Source of the DNA: Rhizaria sp. SCN 62-66
Lineage: Eukaryota
Length of the DNA: 29,966 nt
Direction: 5' to 3'
NCBI GenBank assembly: GCA_001724265.1
Contig: MEDY01000158.1
Span: 62,001 to 91,966 of the forward strand
The translations under genes were made by a program, and so were the position numbers. Below the pieces are notes generated by a model. It was not told the origin of the DNA. It worked only from the letters and a program-made list of their open reading frames with translations, and made no database searches. Below, piece by piece: positions 12,301 through 21,940 of this stretch (position 1 is its first letter; the number at the start of each line of letters is the position of its first letter).

Positions 12301-14384
12301 GTCAGCGGCGGCAGCGGCGGGCCCGCGGCCGTGGCGGCGGCGCAGTCGGCGGGCGCGGTGTGGACGGCGGTCGCCAGCGCGGTGTTGGCCGCGGGACGGG
12401 CCATCTTGTCCAGCGCGGCGTCGATGAGCAGTGAGGCGAGACGGCCGACACGGTCGGGATGCAGTGCGAGCGCGAGGAGATTGTTGATCAACCGGTCTAA
12501 ACCGGCTTCGAGTGAGTCGGGGGCTACGTCCAGCGGTGTGAGGGTCGCAGTGTAAGTGCCGTTGACGCTGAGCCGGCCCAGCGCGGCGTCGGAGCACAGG
12601 GCGAGCAGACAGGGACCGGCGGAGGCCGCGAAACTGCCCGGCGAGCGAACACTCGCAGACTCTGACCCAGAGACAAACCCAGACTTAGACTTTGACTCTG
12701 GCGTCGGCTCTGGCTCAGGCTCGGGGTCCGGCTTGGGCAGAGGCGTGGGGTCAACAATCTGATACAGTCGAACGTCCTCGGCGCGCTCAGGGTCGATTAG
12801 CGGGCGTAAATCTAGCTGCAGCGCTGGGGCGGCAACAGTGAGCGAGACGTTGAACCTCTCATCCAGCTCCTGGCCGTGGAAAGTCTCCGAATCCACCGGT
12901 TTGATGTGCAACCGCATTCCGGGCAGCGCGAACGCGACTTCACCCAGTGCGAAACCTGAGAGGAACTCAAGTGGCCGCGCCTTGGGCGACTGATGCAGCA
13001 GCTGCGCGCGTGTGAAGGAAGTTAAACCGCTGAGCGAGAGCAGTGGTACGGCGAGTGTGATGGTCGCGATGCCGGGGATGAGCACCGAGACGTTTGTTCC
13101 CTCGCGCATCAGAGGCACAGGGAGCACTCCAGTCCCGTCGGTGAACACGCGCATCGCGCAGTTGAGGCCCGAGGCGTCGCGGCCGAAAAACCCGCCGGTG
13201 GCGCCCTTGACGTCGTCGCCGCCGCCGGAGCCATGCAGCGCCGTGTCGAGTAAGGTTAGAAGAGGAACAGAGGCCCAGTCAACGGCGCGCGCGGCGGCGG
13301 CGGCGGGCGGCGGCGGGAGCGGGCGGGCGGCGGCGTGGACCAAAGGCTCCGCTCTGGCGCGCATGCGGCGAATCGACTCAGTGCCGTTGACCGCAGTAAG
13401 CTCGGCCAGAGCGGGACAGACCTCCCTGCTGATGAGGCCCTCGATCGCGGACTTGATGACGGGCTTGAGCAGCGATAAGATGAATCCGGAGATAGTGGGG
13501 CCAAACGTCAAGTCGAAGTCGAGTTTAAGCGTGCAATCATCGAGCCGGACCGCCGTAGGCCACAGGCGGCGCAGTTTGAGCTGCTCGTCGTCGCCCGTCG
13601 CGTTTGACTGCAGCGCCAGCGCGGCCGACGCGGCGCCGTCGTGCGCGGTGACCGTGAGCTCAACCTTATCAGTGAACGAGATAGACGGCACAGTGAACGT
13701 GACGCGCCCGGCACAGACCGTGCCGAGTCCAGATAAAGACAGCGTAAGCGCGGCAACGTCGTCGGGCTCCCGCAGCGGCGGCTCAAGCTGCTGCGAGTCA
13801 AGTGTCTGCAAGGCGATCCCGTGGCACGATAAATGCTCCAGAGTGCCGTGGACGGCGCTGGTGTTGAAGTCTTGGGGCGGGACCGAAAAATTGAGGCTCG
13901 CAAGCCAGCACTGCAGAAGACCGTCGCAGTCGTCGCGGAGACGCGCGCGGCCCGCCGCAAACGCAGCGCTGGCAGCACTGGCACTAGCACTGTTGCCGCC
14001 GCGAGAGTGATGAGCGCTAGGGCGATTGTGGGAAGGCTCGGGGGATTTGTAAGCGAGCCACTCTGTGATCACAGAGAGATAGTCGAAGTCGTTAGCATTG
14101 CTCGCAGACAAGCCAGCAGCAGCACCAGCGTCGTCGTCGTCGTCATCATCGGTGACTGTGATCGCAGGATCTGTTGTTTCTGTGGCATACTTGTAAGCAC
14201 TGTTGGATGTTGCGGAGGGAGTCAATGCTGAGGCTGACTGCGGGGCGCATAAAGACAGCAGTAGCAGAAGCGCGGCAACGCGGAGTGTAAAATGGAGTAA
14301 ATGCCTGCGTGGGGCGGGACCTGGGGGCGCGGAGCGGGCGCGCGCAGGCAGGGGCGGCTCTGGTGGTTGTGCAGCGTCACCCAT
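6321..14384 (-). CDS. Giant multi-pass membrane protein: signal peptide, large extracytoplasmic region, two paraquat-inducible protein A (PqiA)-like domains
   Basis: 2687-aa uninterrupted ORF, ATG to TAA. Hydrophobic signal-like segment (VAALLLLLSLCAP). PqiA-like unit 1 at ~10365-9850 (LIVAFSGIWPYLKLLL...LGKWSMIDAYV) and unit 2 at ~7690-7130 (FSLFMPLGY...LFAWSSLEVFFIS); both echo the PqiA 'WSMxDVF' signature. Confidence 0.75.
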   Translation of the reverse strand: MGDAAQPPEPPLPARARSAPPGPAPRRHLLHFTLRVAALLLLLSLCAPQSASALTPSATSNSAYKYATETTDPAITVTDDDDDDDAGAAAGLSASNANDFDYLSVITEWLAYKSPEPSHNRPSAHHSRGGNSASASAASAAFAAGRARLRDDCDGLLQCWLASLNFSVPPQDFNTSAVHGTLEHLSCHGIALQTLDSQQLEPPLREPDDVAALTLSLSGLGTVCAGRVTFTVPSISFTDKVELTVTAHDGAASAALALQSNATGDDEQLKLRRLWPTAVRLDDCTLKLDFDLTFGPTISGFILSLLKPVIKSAIEGLISREVCPALAELTAVNGTESIRRMRARAEPLVHAAARPLPPPPAAAAARAVDWASVPLLTLLDTALHGSGGGDDVKGATGGFFGRDASGLNCAMRVFTDGTGVLPVPLMREGTNVSVLIPGIATITLAVPLLSLSGLTSFTRAQLLHQSPKARPLEFLSGFALGEVAFALPGMRLHIKPVDSETFHGQELDERFNVSLTVAAPALQLDLRPLIDPERAEDVRLYQIVDPTPLPKPDPEPEPEPTPESKSKSGFVSGSESASVRSPGSFAASAGPCLLALCSDAALGRLSVNGTYTATLTPLDVAPDSLEAGLDRLINNLLALALHPDRVGRLASLLIDAALDKMARPAANTALATAVHTAPADCAAATAAGPPLPPLTARDRIDWSSDWLAGLLRWLVGDVVRGAAGLDEVVRCFAPDGRYDYDREKELSTRKSLFGAVTAAAAGERFKGLNIASVSVSDSASVSDSAADTVESASKSLLDSVTDSLIDVTLHSLHLSGLDSFDIVDLLNATTHTHRAGDTLFQALSFGATAEPAAGTAATAGLAAADLPPAGAGPLAVSASLTLPVGVRSIDISFAASLANFTTAFALLAPADRLLLLRQPLTSVVRLGCLPTLLAVTEADLPEDDPASINSGGEATGSKLRAVSPGASATTLGDIFGPALGFAFPGAAASWLTDSPRNNAGVAEAVSLGKRPREASGVELLSSDTTMGNFSLSFSLIASPGHEPWGASAGGLADAAAVNKFLREHAKEVAAAATAALRYMGDRAPYVCAGVTVPGEASTSEGAVASAVRVALWGLFLAVISAASAACLLLFVHLVGSRGQQRGRRVANEASDDAAVSAVSASGSKAAQDASANAGASAPLRERAVCAHFPYTCVHSNKTNNAHASVNAVIVSGSSAKGGKRSEREGASAPLLLSADDTAAAVVSSDSATATGALATGTQCECGCSGAAAATVPVIEADGSPLLLTPFIPAPLRFGALFAVFLTISLFVASNSSTGACVTAQLRLQPSGPGVPADATVLDMGSVFDFTLVSTAMEMWFAGVYYLFALIVAFSGIWPYLKLLLMAYGWTAPVSKLSPATRARMLHWVDVLGKWSMIDAYVMLFMVVGFRMRVNVGAPITNSSAVATGAGGAAAGVIANTLSAAAAGLAAGAGPAVAAFDAGFFLADIVVVAAPGFILFLLATMMSLGLAHIIIALSAHAAAAAADAAEHARQRLVFRHVQRRLCLAAALPLPPLNAHNTASPTTSDGDCTVRALHAGLPPVAALGRLNADSVVAGNNNNNNNNNGDGFATDDLCASSSAADSWLASTHRAPEADDSSSAAAAARAALGLGPSGGDDSMGGGLTAPALLSTPSLTASSSSNGSFSLAHMNHTHTHAHAAVVPPGLLTPSRARPSAAAAATAAAAAAEASAVPATAGASLVTRGSVTRLAVSVGGFLHQAATFALPPRAFAELAAGRQHPALARREHDSDRERERRGNSAAASARAQSINSGLTGSAHSDIINNADDDDDADADNEGTGAAEDALAGADAEALSPESAEAIAAAEAEAELAVRALGIVFSQRELAAAAAAATAAAATLPANESVNATTETAGASASSASVPHDAAHLAVFLAAYDDVSAIVARRCRRRTRRRSRHSAAARTAAAAAAETDDGAGTAVYDGGAVARSLLTASPGKQQRRARSQERAPSRLITAVTAAGDSNAGGASEPEDEAATAAAAAAAAAESAAEARTVERVLSAFAATVDPYLRDLDSRRSMYRQDHAIDAAALPAHAKRAAAAAAAAGAGRSRSRSRSRARHGDGDSDGARDWEVATPALLPLRAPDGGLLVPGAQSLPPLPSPSSGASASSLTMPLPPMHKGAEKPFFTHATATATATTSAGSSSVGADGVSRVSGFYATRTRAKAPPRFALFVRFTALGRAMMLTLLLGTIALIVYASIIPAFEFEFTGLTGWLLGSAGHRPVSLIDIGVYMARDTADPDALATRWMQAVYFIFSLFMPLGYALCMCAAWMLPLTVSRHLKLQVLSDVLFAWSSLEVFFISVTATVGQITTLAGFMVGDNCDAINVILEDNFADLLQGTNKCFELAARFTWGSWVVLAASLVFLLLGSLVSRLSQAALSARLERMRLLWRRQQYAPAFDALATLPTAAAGLARAAAVPAEARAPASAAPVGWEGECARVDARLAAVLAESEPGVYSPVLFAPSAATATAAAFDVSSETSAAPDVRLGSCDASFDDPVAWAAARHAAGAEAAGAAEAAETAANAGAAVGATMTKAEQSRARLQRARERAALPCLLRARLRLLAVGRALGLISVTIAPTTATVATVRAWKEELMPPPGASPAAASPVCNTFADINSSKAPWAATGKDRTVLDFDSARA
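9582..9609. repeat. (GTT)n microsatellite encoding poly-Asn in the PqiA-domain protein
   Basis: Run of nine GTT units read directly; translates as NNNNNNNNN on the minus strand. Confidence 0.9.
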
Positions 14385-15124
14385 TGCAACAAGGGGTGGG
14401 CGCTGGCAGAGAGGCCCGGGGGCGCGGGTTGAGTGCGATAGAGACGAAATCCGCAGGCCCTTGCGTAATACGTTGCGGAAAGCCGAGAAAGCCTAGTATC
14501 ACCGAGTCAGAACAAGCGCAGTAGCTGGAGTGCGGCGGAACGAGTCGGTGGAAGGAAGCAGCCACGTGGCGCGACCCTGGATGCAAAGAAACAGAGAGAT
14601 ACAAGAGGCAAATTATGAGCCTTAAGAATTATTTACTCTAAATACGATTCCTTGTTGTGGCTATAACACCAAAAGAATGTCTATAAATAGTATATATTAA
14701 CATAGCCACGTGTACAGGTCGTCTGGGTAAGTCCGACTTGCTTGGAGAGAGAAGGTGACTGCCTCCATTTAGCAGGGCCGATGCCGCGCATCATGTGCGA
14801 CAGCAGCCTGCTAAAAGAAATATCATAAGCAACCAAGTCAGATTCATCGGTAAACGTCAACAAAGCTCAAGCTTGACGACGGACTTTTGCAGTAAGAGTT
14901 GAACAAATAGAGCGCCAATCGATCTACGTCATTAGGGTCCAACCCGTTTTTTGCAGTGGCTCTCCCAACAACAGACTTCAAGTTGAATATCGACTTATAG
15001 ACTGAAGCAAACGCAAGTGAAAAGTGATTTTTGTGTATTTTGCAAATAAACGTAGCCTTCTGGCCCTGTGATAACTGCAACCGCGCGAACCACGCCTGCA
15101 CACAAGTATCTCGCAGCGTCATGC

Positions 15125-16759
15125 TCAAGACGCAGAAGTGTAGAAATGGTTCTGCTGGAGGTTAAATCCGACCTCAATCACTGCATTGACAAACCCGCCC
15201 AGCACGGGGATATACGCCGCGATGTCCGCAATCGCCTGCAGGGGGACGACCGTGACTGCGTCGAACACCGGCGAGCGCAGCAAGTAGAACAGATACAGCC
15301 TCCTGCGCACTGCCCACGCGGCCGACTGCGCCGGCGACAGCTCACTGCCCCGCGCCGCCAGCGCGTAAGCGATCGCGTCGACGGCCAGCGACGCCGCCAG
15401 CGGCAGCCACGCCTGCGCGCCGAACTTGAGCTTCAGCGCGGCGTACACCAACGGACGCGCCCAGTACAACGCTTCTCCGAGCGCGGCGCCGGCTGGGGCC
15501 GCGGTGCGGGCGCGCTCGCTGCGCGGCGCGGCCGAGGTCGGCGCGGGCGCAAACTGGCCGTGAGGCAGCGCGCCGCGGCCGTGGCGCTGGTATAAACGGC
15601 GCAGAGAGGCGCCCGCGAGCGCGGCGAGGGGCTCCTCGTCGCGGCCGTTCGCGCCGGTCACAGCGGACACTGCGGCAAGCGGGTCCCCCGTCACACTAGT
15701 AGCTGCCGCGGTATTCACGGCTGTGGCGGAGGCGGCCGAGTCGCTGCCACCAGTGACAGCCGTCGTCGCAGCGGCGGCGGTGGCAGCAGCGGCGGGGGTG
15801 GTGACTGTTGTCACGTCAGCTGCAGCGTCATCATCTGCGCCGCCGTTGTTTTTGTTGTTGTTGTTGTTTGCAACGGCGGCTTTGTGAGCGCGCCAGATGG
15901 CCGACAGATGCGCCGCCTGTGCGCGCGCGCGCTCTGCCGCGGCCCTCTCAGCCGCCTCCGCCGCGAGCTCCGCCTGGCGTTGCGCGAGCTCAGCGTGCAC
16001 GTCCGCCGCGTCGGCCGGCAGCAGCATCTTACCGCGGTTGCGCCACAGCAACAGCAGCCGCAGCAGGAGCTTCGCCGCCTCGACCGCGACGACTGCACGC
16101 ATGCGGAACCTCTGGGTCGCCGCCGCGAATCGCGCCAACAAGGGCGCCTGGAACGCGGCGCCAGGTGTGGCGGCGAGCAGGGCGGCACGCTCGGGGGCGC
16201 TGCGGGTCGAGTGCCAGTGGCCGGCCGCGAGCTCAAGCAGACACTCTGAGGAAGAGATGACGAAGAGGAGCGCGTTGAGGATGCGGACGGCGCCGGGCTC
16301 GCGCGCGGTGAGCAAAGCGGGGCGGCCCGAGAGCTTGAGGCGCGAGGGATGAGAGCGTGGACGTGCGCAGATGCCGTCATGATAGTATGACAGCAGGCAG
16401 AGGCCCATGTAGGCAAACTCACCGCGCAAGTCCGTGTCGGAGAAGCGGCCAGGGAGGAAGACGGAGAAAGTCTTGGCGGTCTCGAGCAGACCGGTGTACC
16501 AGGCGGACTCGGCGACAAAGGACTCGTAGCGGGAGACGAGCGAGCGCAGGAGGCCGACGAACGAGAGACGGGGCTCGGACGACGCGGCGGGGGCCGCAGC
16601 AGCAGAAACAGCAGCAGAAACAGCAGCGGCGGCGCGGGGTGCGGGGGAGAGACTGCTGCTGCTGGTCGTCAGAACAGGCGTGGGGGCCTGCTTCGAGACC
16701 GCATGGGCGGAGGACTCGGCGGCAAAGACTGCCGGGGGCGTCGGCGTCGGCGTCGACAT
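15125..16759 (-). CDS. PEX16: Peroxisomal membrane biogenesis protein PEX16
   Basis: LPGRFSDTDLRGEFAY...LLSYYHDGI, ECLLELAA, VEAAKLLLRLLL, GEALYWARPLVY, WLPLAASLAVD, RRLYLFYLLRSPVFD and C-terminal IPVLG...HFYTSAS match the Pex16 pattern. ATG to TGA. Confidence 0.9.
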   Translation of the reverse strand: MSTPTPTPPAVFAAESSAHAVSKQAPTPVLTTSSSSLSPAPRAAAAVSAAVSAAAAPAASSEPRLSFVGLLRSLVSRYESFVAESAWYTGLLETAKTFSVFLPGRFSDTDLRGEFAYMGLCLLSYYHDGICARPRSHPSRLKLSGRPALLTAREPGAVRILNALLFVISSSECLLELAAGHWHSTRSAPERAALLAATPGAAFQAPLLARFAAATQRFRMRAVVAVEAAKLLLRLLLLWRNRGKMLLPADAADVHAELAQRQAELAAEAAERAAAERARAQAAHLSAIWRAHKAAVANNNNNKNNGGADDDAAADVTTVTTPAAAATAAAATTAVTGGSDSAASATAVNTAAATSVTGDPLAAVSAVTGANGRDEEPLAALAGASLRRLYQRHGRGALPHGQFAPAPTSAAPRSERARTAAPAGAALGEALYWARPLVYAALKLKFGAQAWLPLAASLAVDAIAYALAARGSELSPAQSAAWAVRRRLYLFYLLRSPVFDAVTVVPLQAIADIAAYIPVLGGFVNAVIEVGFNLQQNHFYTSAS

Positions 16760-17815
16760 CAGCGGAGCTGCGCGAGACGCGGCGCGGAGCGGGAAAGGGA
16801 AGTTGTGGTTGGGGTTGTTTTGAGAGGGCGAAGTCTGGCGGAGTTTACGCTGCTATATTGGAAATTTAAAGAAAATCACAGAGTGAATATGAGTTTAGTT
16901 AGGGCTTTGATGGCTGTTTGTGCTGCTATAGCTCTATTATCGATCATATGGCTCGTATAAACCGGAAGATAATGAAATGACCGCAAGTTCATCAAGCCGA
17001 CCCCTTCAGAATCGCAAAGAACGATATAGCGGAGAATACGTTGTACAGTAAAGCACCGATTGAAACATATGTTAATATTTGCATCTAAGTTTTACGTGGT
17101 ATGCCTTTGAATGCTAACGACGGATTTAGAAGTGTAAAGTGCTTGTTTTCATTTCCTTCTCTCAGCCTCGCTCGTCGTGACCGTCGAAGGCTGTGGCCGA
17201 CAATCATTCAACTCAAAACTGGGCTCATAGTCGAGCCAAATGATCACAATGAGCACTGAAGTCTACAAAAGTCACATATATTGCACTCAATTAATTATTT
17301 CATGACAAGATCTTGTTTATTCACTTGAAGGTCACTTTTATCATTATAGAATTCTGTGACGAACTGAGTGCTCATCGCACTGTGCGCTTAGATCTCATGT
17401 TACTATTGCCACTAAAGCAGTGAAAAAGGCAGACAGCTCTGAAATTGCACGCTTCCAATAAACAAAATTAATAAGCTGGAGTAGAAGTTAGCGCAAATAC
17501 GAAAAATCTGTTGTACTCCAGTGAAGAAGCATTCTGATACAGATTGCTACGCAACTTGCAACTTGAAGCGAACAACATGACTGTGAGTAACACGCTCGCC
17601 AGCGCAGACAGAAAGACCAATTAGCGTGCGAGCATATACGACCGTCAATGCATGTTGTGTTATTGAAAATACTTTTGATGCGATCTGATTTCCTTCTCAC
17701 GCAACTCAAACCCGTGTGACAACTTCGTTTCGCACCGCAAACTGCAGCGACAAAGCACAGCGCTTCCGTCAATCGGACCAACGCAGGTGAGCCCTTGGCC
17801 TCGTGCCCCCGTGCC

Positions 17816-20800
17816 ATGTTCAACTGGCTTTTCAAAAAGCGCAGCAAAACCCCGCCGGAGCACTCCGCGTCTGCAAGCCCACGCAACGCACGCCAGTCCT
17901 CGCCGGCGCCGCCGCCACCGTCACATAGCTTACCCCCGACACCCCGTCTCAACACCGCAACAGCAGCGCAGCGCCATGGCAGCACACCGCGTCCCCCCAC
18001 CGGCGGGAACCAGAGTGAAGCATGCGCGGCGGACTGCGGGGCTGGATGCCGGTGCGCGTGGTCGCCGCCGCCGGTGTTCCGCGGTGGCACGCCCACGCCA
18101 CAGGCGCTGGCAGCGGATGCGGCCGCCGCGACAGAGCGCCGCCGCCGCCGCTCGCAGCATAGCCGTCAAGGACACGGCCACGGACACGGACACGGGCATA
18201 GCCACGGTAGCGGCAGTGAGCATACAACAAGTGATACGAGTAGCGGGGGGAAGATGCGCGACGACGCGCACTCGCAGTCCCACTAGCAATCGCACACACA
18301 TGCGCATATCCCGGTGAAAGAGCTCGGTGACAAAAGCAAAGTGCAAGATGTTCAAGAGCACAGCGGTGACCGCGAGCAGGAAGAGCGCCCCATTGACCCG
18401 CGCTTAGACGCTGAGTCCGTACACTCTGCTGCACAGTCGTCAAAAGCACCGTCGAAAGCGCCCTCTAAAGCGCCGTCAACAGTGTCGTCGCACGCTGCAT
18501 CTTTAACCCCATGGACACAGGCCCAGCAGCAGGCACAGTTACAGCCGCAGCAGCAGAAGCTCCAGTCCCCGCGGCCTCTCGCGACATGCGCTGCGTCTGC
18601 CGGAGTCACGCCAATCATCAGTAGTGCGCACCCGTCGCCAGTCCTCGCGTCACCCATGCCTGCGCCGCCGCCACCAGCAACTGCGGGCGGCGCCAGCGGT
18701 GGCGGGACAACTGTAAGCGCAGCCGAGTCGTCGGTGGCGGCGCTGCGGCGCGCGCACGCGGACGAACAGCGACGCCGTGCAGTGGCGCAGGCACGCAGTG
18801 CGCAGAGGGCGTTCGAGGCGCAGCAGCGGCAGAAGCAGCGCCAGCTCCAGCGACACCAGCAGATGGAGCTGCAACAGCAGCAGCAGCAGAGTGTGCGGAT
18901 CGATAGCAGCCGCGGCGATGTCAGCAGCGGTGGTGCGGCGATAAGGGAAGTCAGCAGTGGCAGCGAAGGTGACAGTAGCAGTCTCAACGACAGCGCAGAC
19001 AGCGACGACGACTCAGACAGCGGCAAGAAAGCGACAAAGCCCAGCGCAAGCGCAGCTCTAGTACCTGGCATCATTCCCACGTCAGCGCTTTTGACCGCTC
19101 GCGCGCGCGCCAGCAGCGAGTCGGCTGCGCGCCCCTCTGCATCGACAGCCGCTGCCACTGCGTCGAACGCGCAGCCACCCACACGCACAGCTGCAGGCTC
19201 GACAACAACGGCGACGACTACAGCAACAACAGCAGCGACTGGTGGCATTGGGCAGACGCGCGAGTCGCTGCGAAACACACTGGCTCCGGCGCAGCAGAAC
19301 ACCGCGGGCGCGGCGTCACTGCCACCCACACCGCCCGCAGTCCGTAGCTCGCGCAAAGATCGCACCCGCGCGCTCCCACCAAGCCCGCGTCAGTCCGCGG
19401 CGACAGAGACTGCAGCAACGGGAACCAGTGGCGTTGGTGTGGGGCCCGCGAGTGCAGCGGGGAGTGGAGTGGGCGAGCGCAGTGTGTGGTTCACGAGGCC
19501 TGGCGCGAGCCCTGCAGCGCGTGCACGCAGATATGGCGCGACACCGCCTGTTCCAGTTCTGGTCTCTCCTGCAACTACGGCCGCCGTGACGCCGTCAGCA
19601 ATCAACAGCGACACACAGCATGTGCTCGCACAGGGAACCGAGAGCGTATACAGCACACCCGCCTTCACGCCCACGTTGGCACCCATGAGTGGCAAGTCAC
19701 TGCGCGCGGCAAACAACGGTTACGCTGCTGCAAGCAACGGGCGCGATGTTGCTAACAACGGACGTGCTGCAAATGGGCGCGCGCGCACGTATGAAACTCC
19801 GACGCCAGCGCCCACAGCGCAGCGCGCGCCCGTGTCTCTCTGCGCGCCGGCAGCGTTGTCATCAGCAATGTCAGAGGCAGCTGGAGAAACGGGCGATGAG
19901 GTTGAGCTCGCTGAAATCGTTCCTGTCTCGACCGCAATCACAACAGAGAAGGCATCGGCTGCAACACCAGCAACAACAGCAAATGGAAGAGCTGGACGCC
20001 CAACGCCTTCGCTCTACTCAACACTGCTGCGAACACCGGTAATCACTCCGCTGCCATCTTCGCTGACCACCGCTGCGACAACAGCTAGAGCAGCAGCAGC
20101 GGGACCGCATATCGCCGATTTGCGCATCGCTGTCTCGCCGCCCGCGGCCGCCACGCCCGACATCGCTGTCTCAGCGGCTGAGGCCGCCGCCACGGAAGCT
20201 GCGGCGCGCGCAGCGGCAGCGTATACTGCCTCAGTCGAAGCCGCATCCTCAGCAACAAACGCACATCACAAGGCAGCAAAGGGAACAGCTCCAACAGCAA
20301 CACTGCAACAAAGTGCTGGCATTGGTGCTAGATCTGGCGCAGGTGCAAGTGACATTGTTGGCGGAGGCGGCTGGAGCGGTGGACTGGCGGGCGCAGTGTC
20401 AACTGCGATCACGGCGCACCGACTTGGGCTTGCGCCGGGTGCGGCGGCGACTGCAGCTGCGGCGGAGGCTGCGTAGGCTGCGGCCGCGCACGAGCGTCGC
20501 CAGCGCCGTTGGCAGTTGCGCCGGGAGCAACGCCACGCGCAGCACCGGAAGCAACGCCACAGCAGTGCTACTGGCGAAGAGAGCGACCGTAAACACGGTG
20601 GCGAGACAAGCAGCGGTGACGACAGCGACGACGATAACGATGACGACGCCTATGATGACGACACAGAGAGCGGCGGGCCGGGGTCGCCGTACTGGGATGA
20701 ATACGGACAGGTGGCTTACGGACCGGGCCGTTGGTGGTTGCGCGACCAGCGCCGTCAGCAGCAGCAGCAACAGCAGCAGGAGCAACAGAGTTCTTATCAC

Positions 20801-21940
20801 GTGCACGGACACAAAGATGAACACAGCCACAGACATGCGCACGGACTGCGCAGCAACGCAACGGCGCGCGCGCACCACAGCAGCCATGCAGTTGTTCAAG
20901 CCACAGCATAGCAACAGCGGTGCAGCGCGTGTGGCCCGCGGGCGCGCTCTGTTCTGTGGTTCATTGCACGCCTCATACCAGCAGCAATCGTAATCGGACT
21001 AGCGGCCGGGCTGGGGTGCGCGCTACACGCTGATTCGGGCTCGCGCGCGCTGTTTCTGGCGTTTATACTCGCAGCGTGGCTGGCAGGCACAGTCGTGCAC
21101 GAGGCAGCGCACGCGCTTGTCGCGGCCGCATACCATCACGTCGTCGTCAAACCCTCACAAGCAGATCAGCAAGAGCATCGCCATCGCAGCGTAAGCGCGG
21201 ATGAAGGCAGCATCGAGGCCGAGATTGCGAAAGAAAATAAAAACAGCGGCAGCAGCAGTGGCGAGGTGTGGGGGAACGTGCTGAAGTATGAAACCCCCGC
21301 GCAGTCGCTCCTGCTGCCCTTGGTATTCCTGTTGTTGGGAGTCGTCGCACTGCCCGGACCCGCGCCTGCGTTGCGCCCGCGCACGCGCCTCCGCGCCAAC
21401 GCCGACGACGACGCTGCAGTCGAGAGCAACGATGACGGCGACGACATCGACGGCGGTGTCAAGTTAGCGTCCGACAACAGCTGCCGCGGCCGGTGCTGGC
21501 GCGTGGTGGCCGCGCTCGCGGGCCCCGCAGGGTCTCTGCTGGCGGCGTGCGTGTTCGCGGCGCCGCTGTGGGCGCAGGGCGGAGCCTCCGCGGCCCCCGA
21601 GCGCGGCGCGGGCGCCTGGGCAGGGCTCGCGCTTGCCGTGAGGCTGCAGCTGATGGCGACAGTGCTCGCGCTCGTCCCAGTCCCGGGCTCGGACGGGGCC
21701 GCGGCGGTCTCCGCGGCGCTGCCCGCGGCGCTCACGCGCGGCCCGCGGCTGCTGCCGGAGACGGTCTTCAGTCGCCGCGCACGCACGCTGGTGGTGGGCG
21801 TGGGGTCCGTGGCGCTGTTTGTGCTCGTGTGGTGTCTGCCGGGAGGATCCAGCTGGGCCACGGACGCCGCGGTCGGATTCGGGGTGCCGCGTGGAGACGT
21901 TGAGCACGGGCTCACGCGGTTCAGGCTCGTCAAGATGTGA
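17816..21940 (+). CDS. Site-2 protease (peptidase M50) family membrane protein with ~1000-aa low-complexity N-terminus; contains three in-frame TAG codons (18284, 20474, 20909)
   Basis: Track ORFs 17795-18286, 18314-20476, 20516-20911 and 21095-21940 are all in one frame and are separated only by single TAG codons. Start gccATG at 17816, end TGA; 1374 aa when TAG is read as sense. C-terminal domain has TM segments, LAAWLAGTVVHEAAH (HExxH), VAALAGPAG and LALVPVPGSDG (variant of NLLPxxxLDG). Confidence 0.78.

Noticed and set aside
16760-17815. Suppressor tRNA or other structured RNA in the intergenic regions
   Set aside because: No cloverleaf or T-arm GTTCRA motif recognised by eye in any spacer; only a short palindrome (acaagatcttgt, ~17305-17316) that may be chance.
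20891-20911. Tiny GT..AG introns as the explanation for the in-frame TAGs
   Set aside because: An 18- or 21-nt GT..TAG fits the 20909 site, but the nearest GT..TAG spans at the other sites (10, 4 and 8 or 19 nt) break the frame, and at GPR89 any removal would disturb the conserved ERR..AKKR spacing. No introns are seen elsewhere. Not formally excluded without RNA data.
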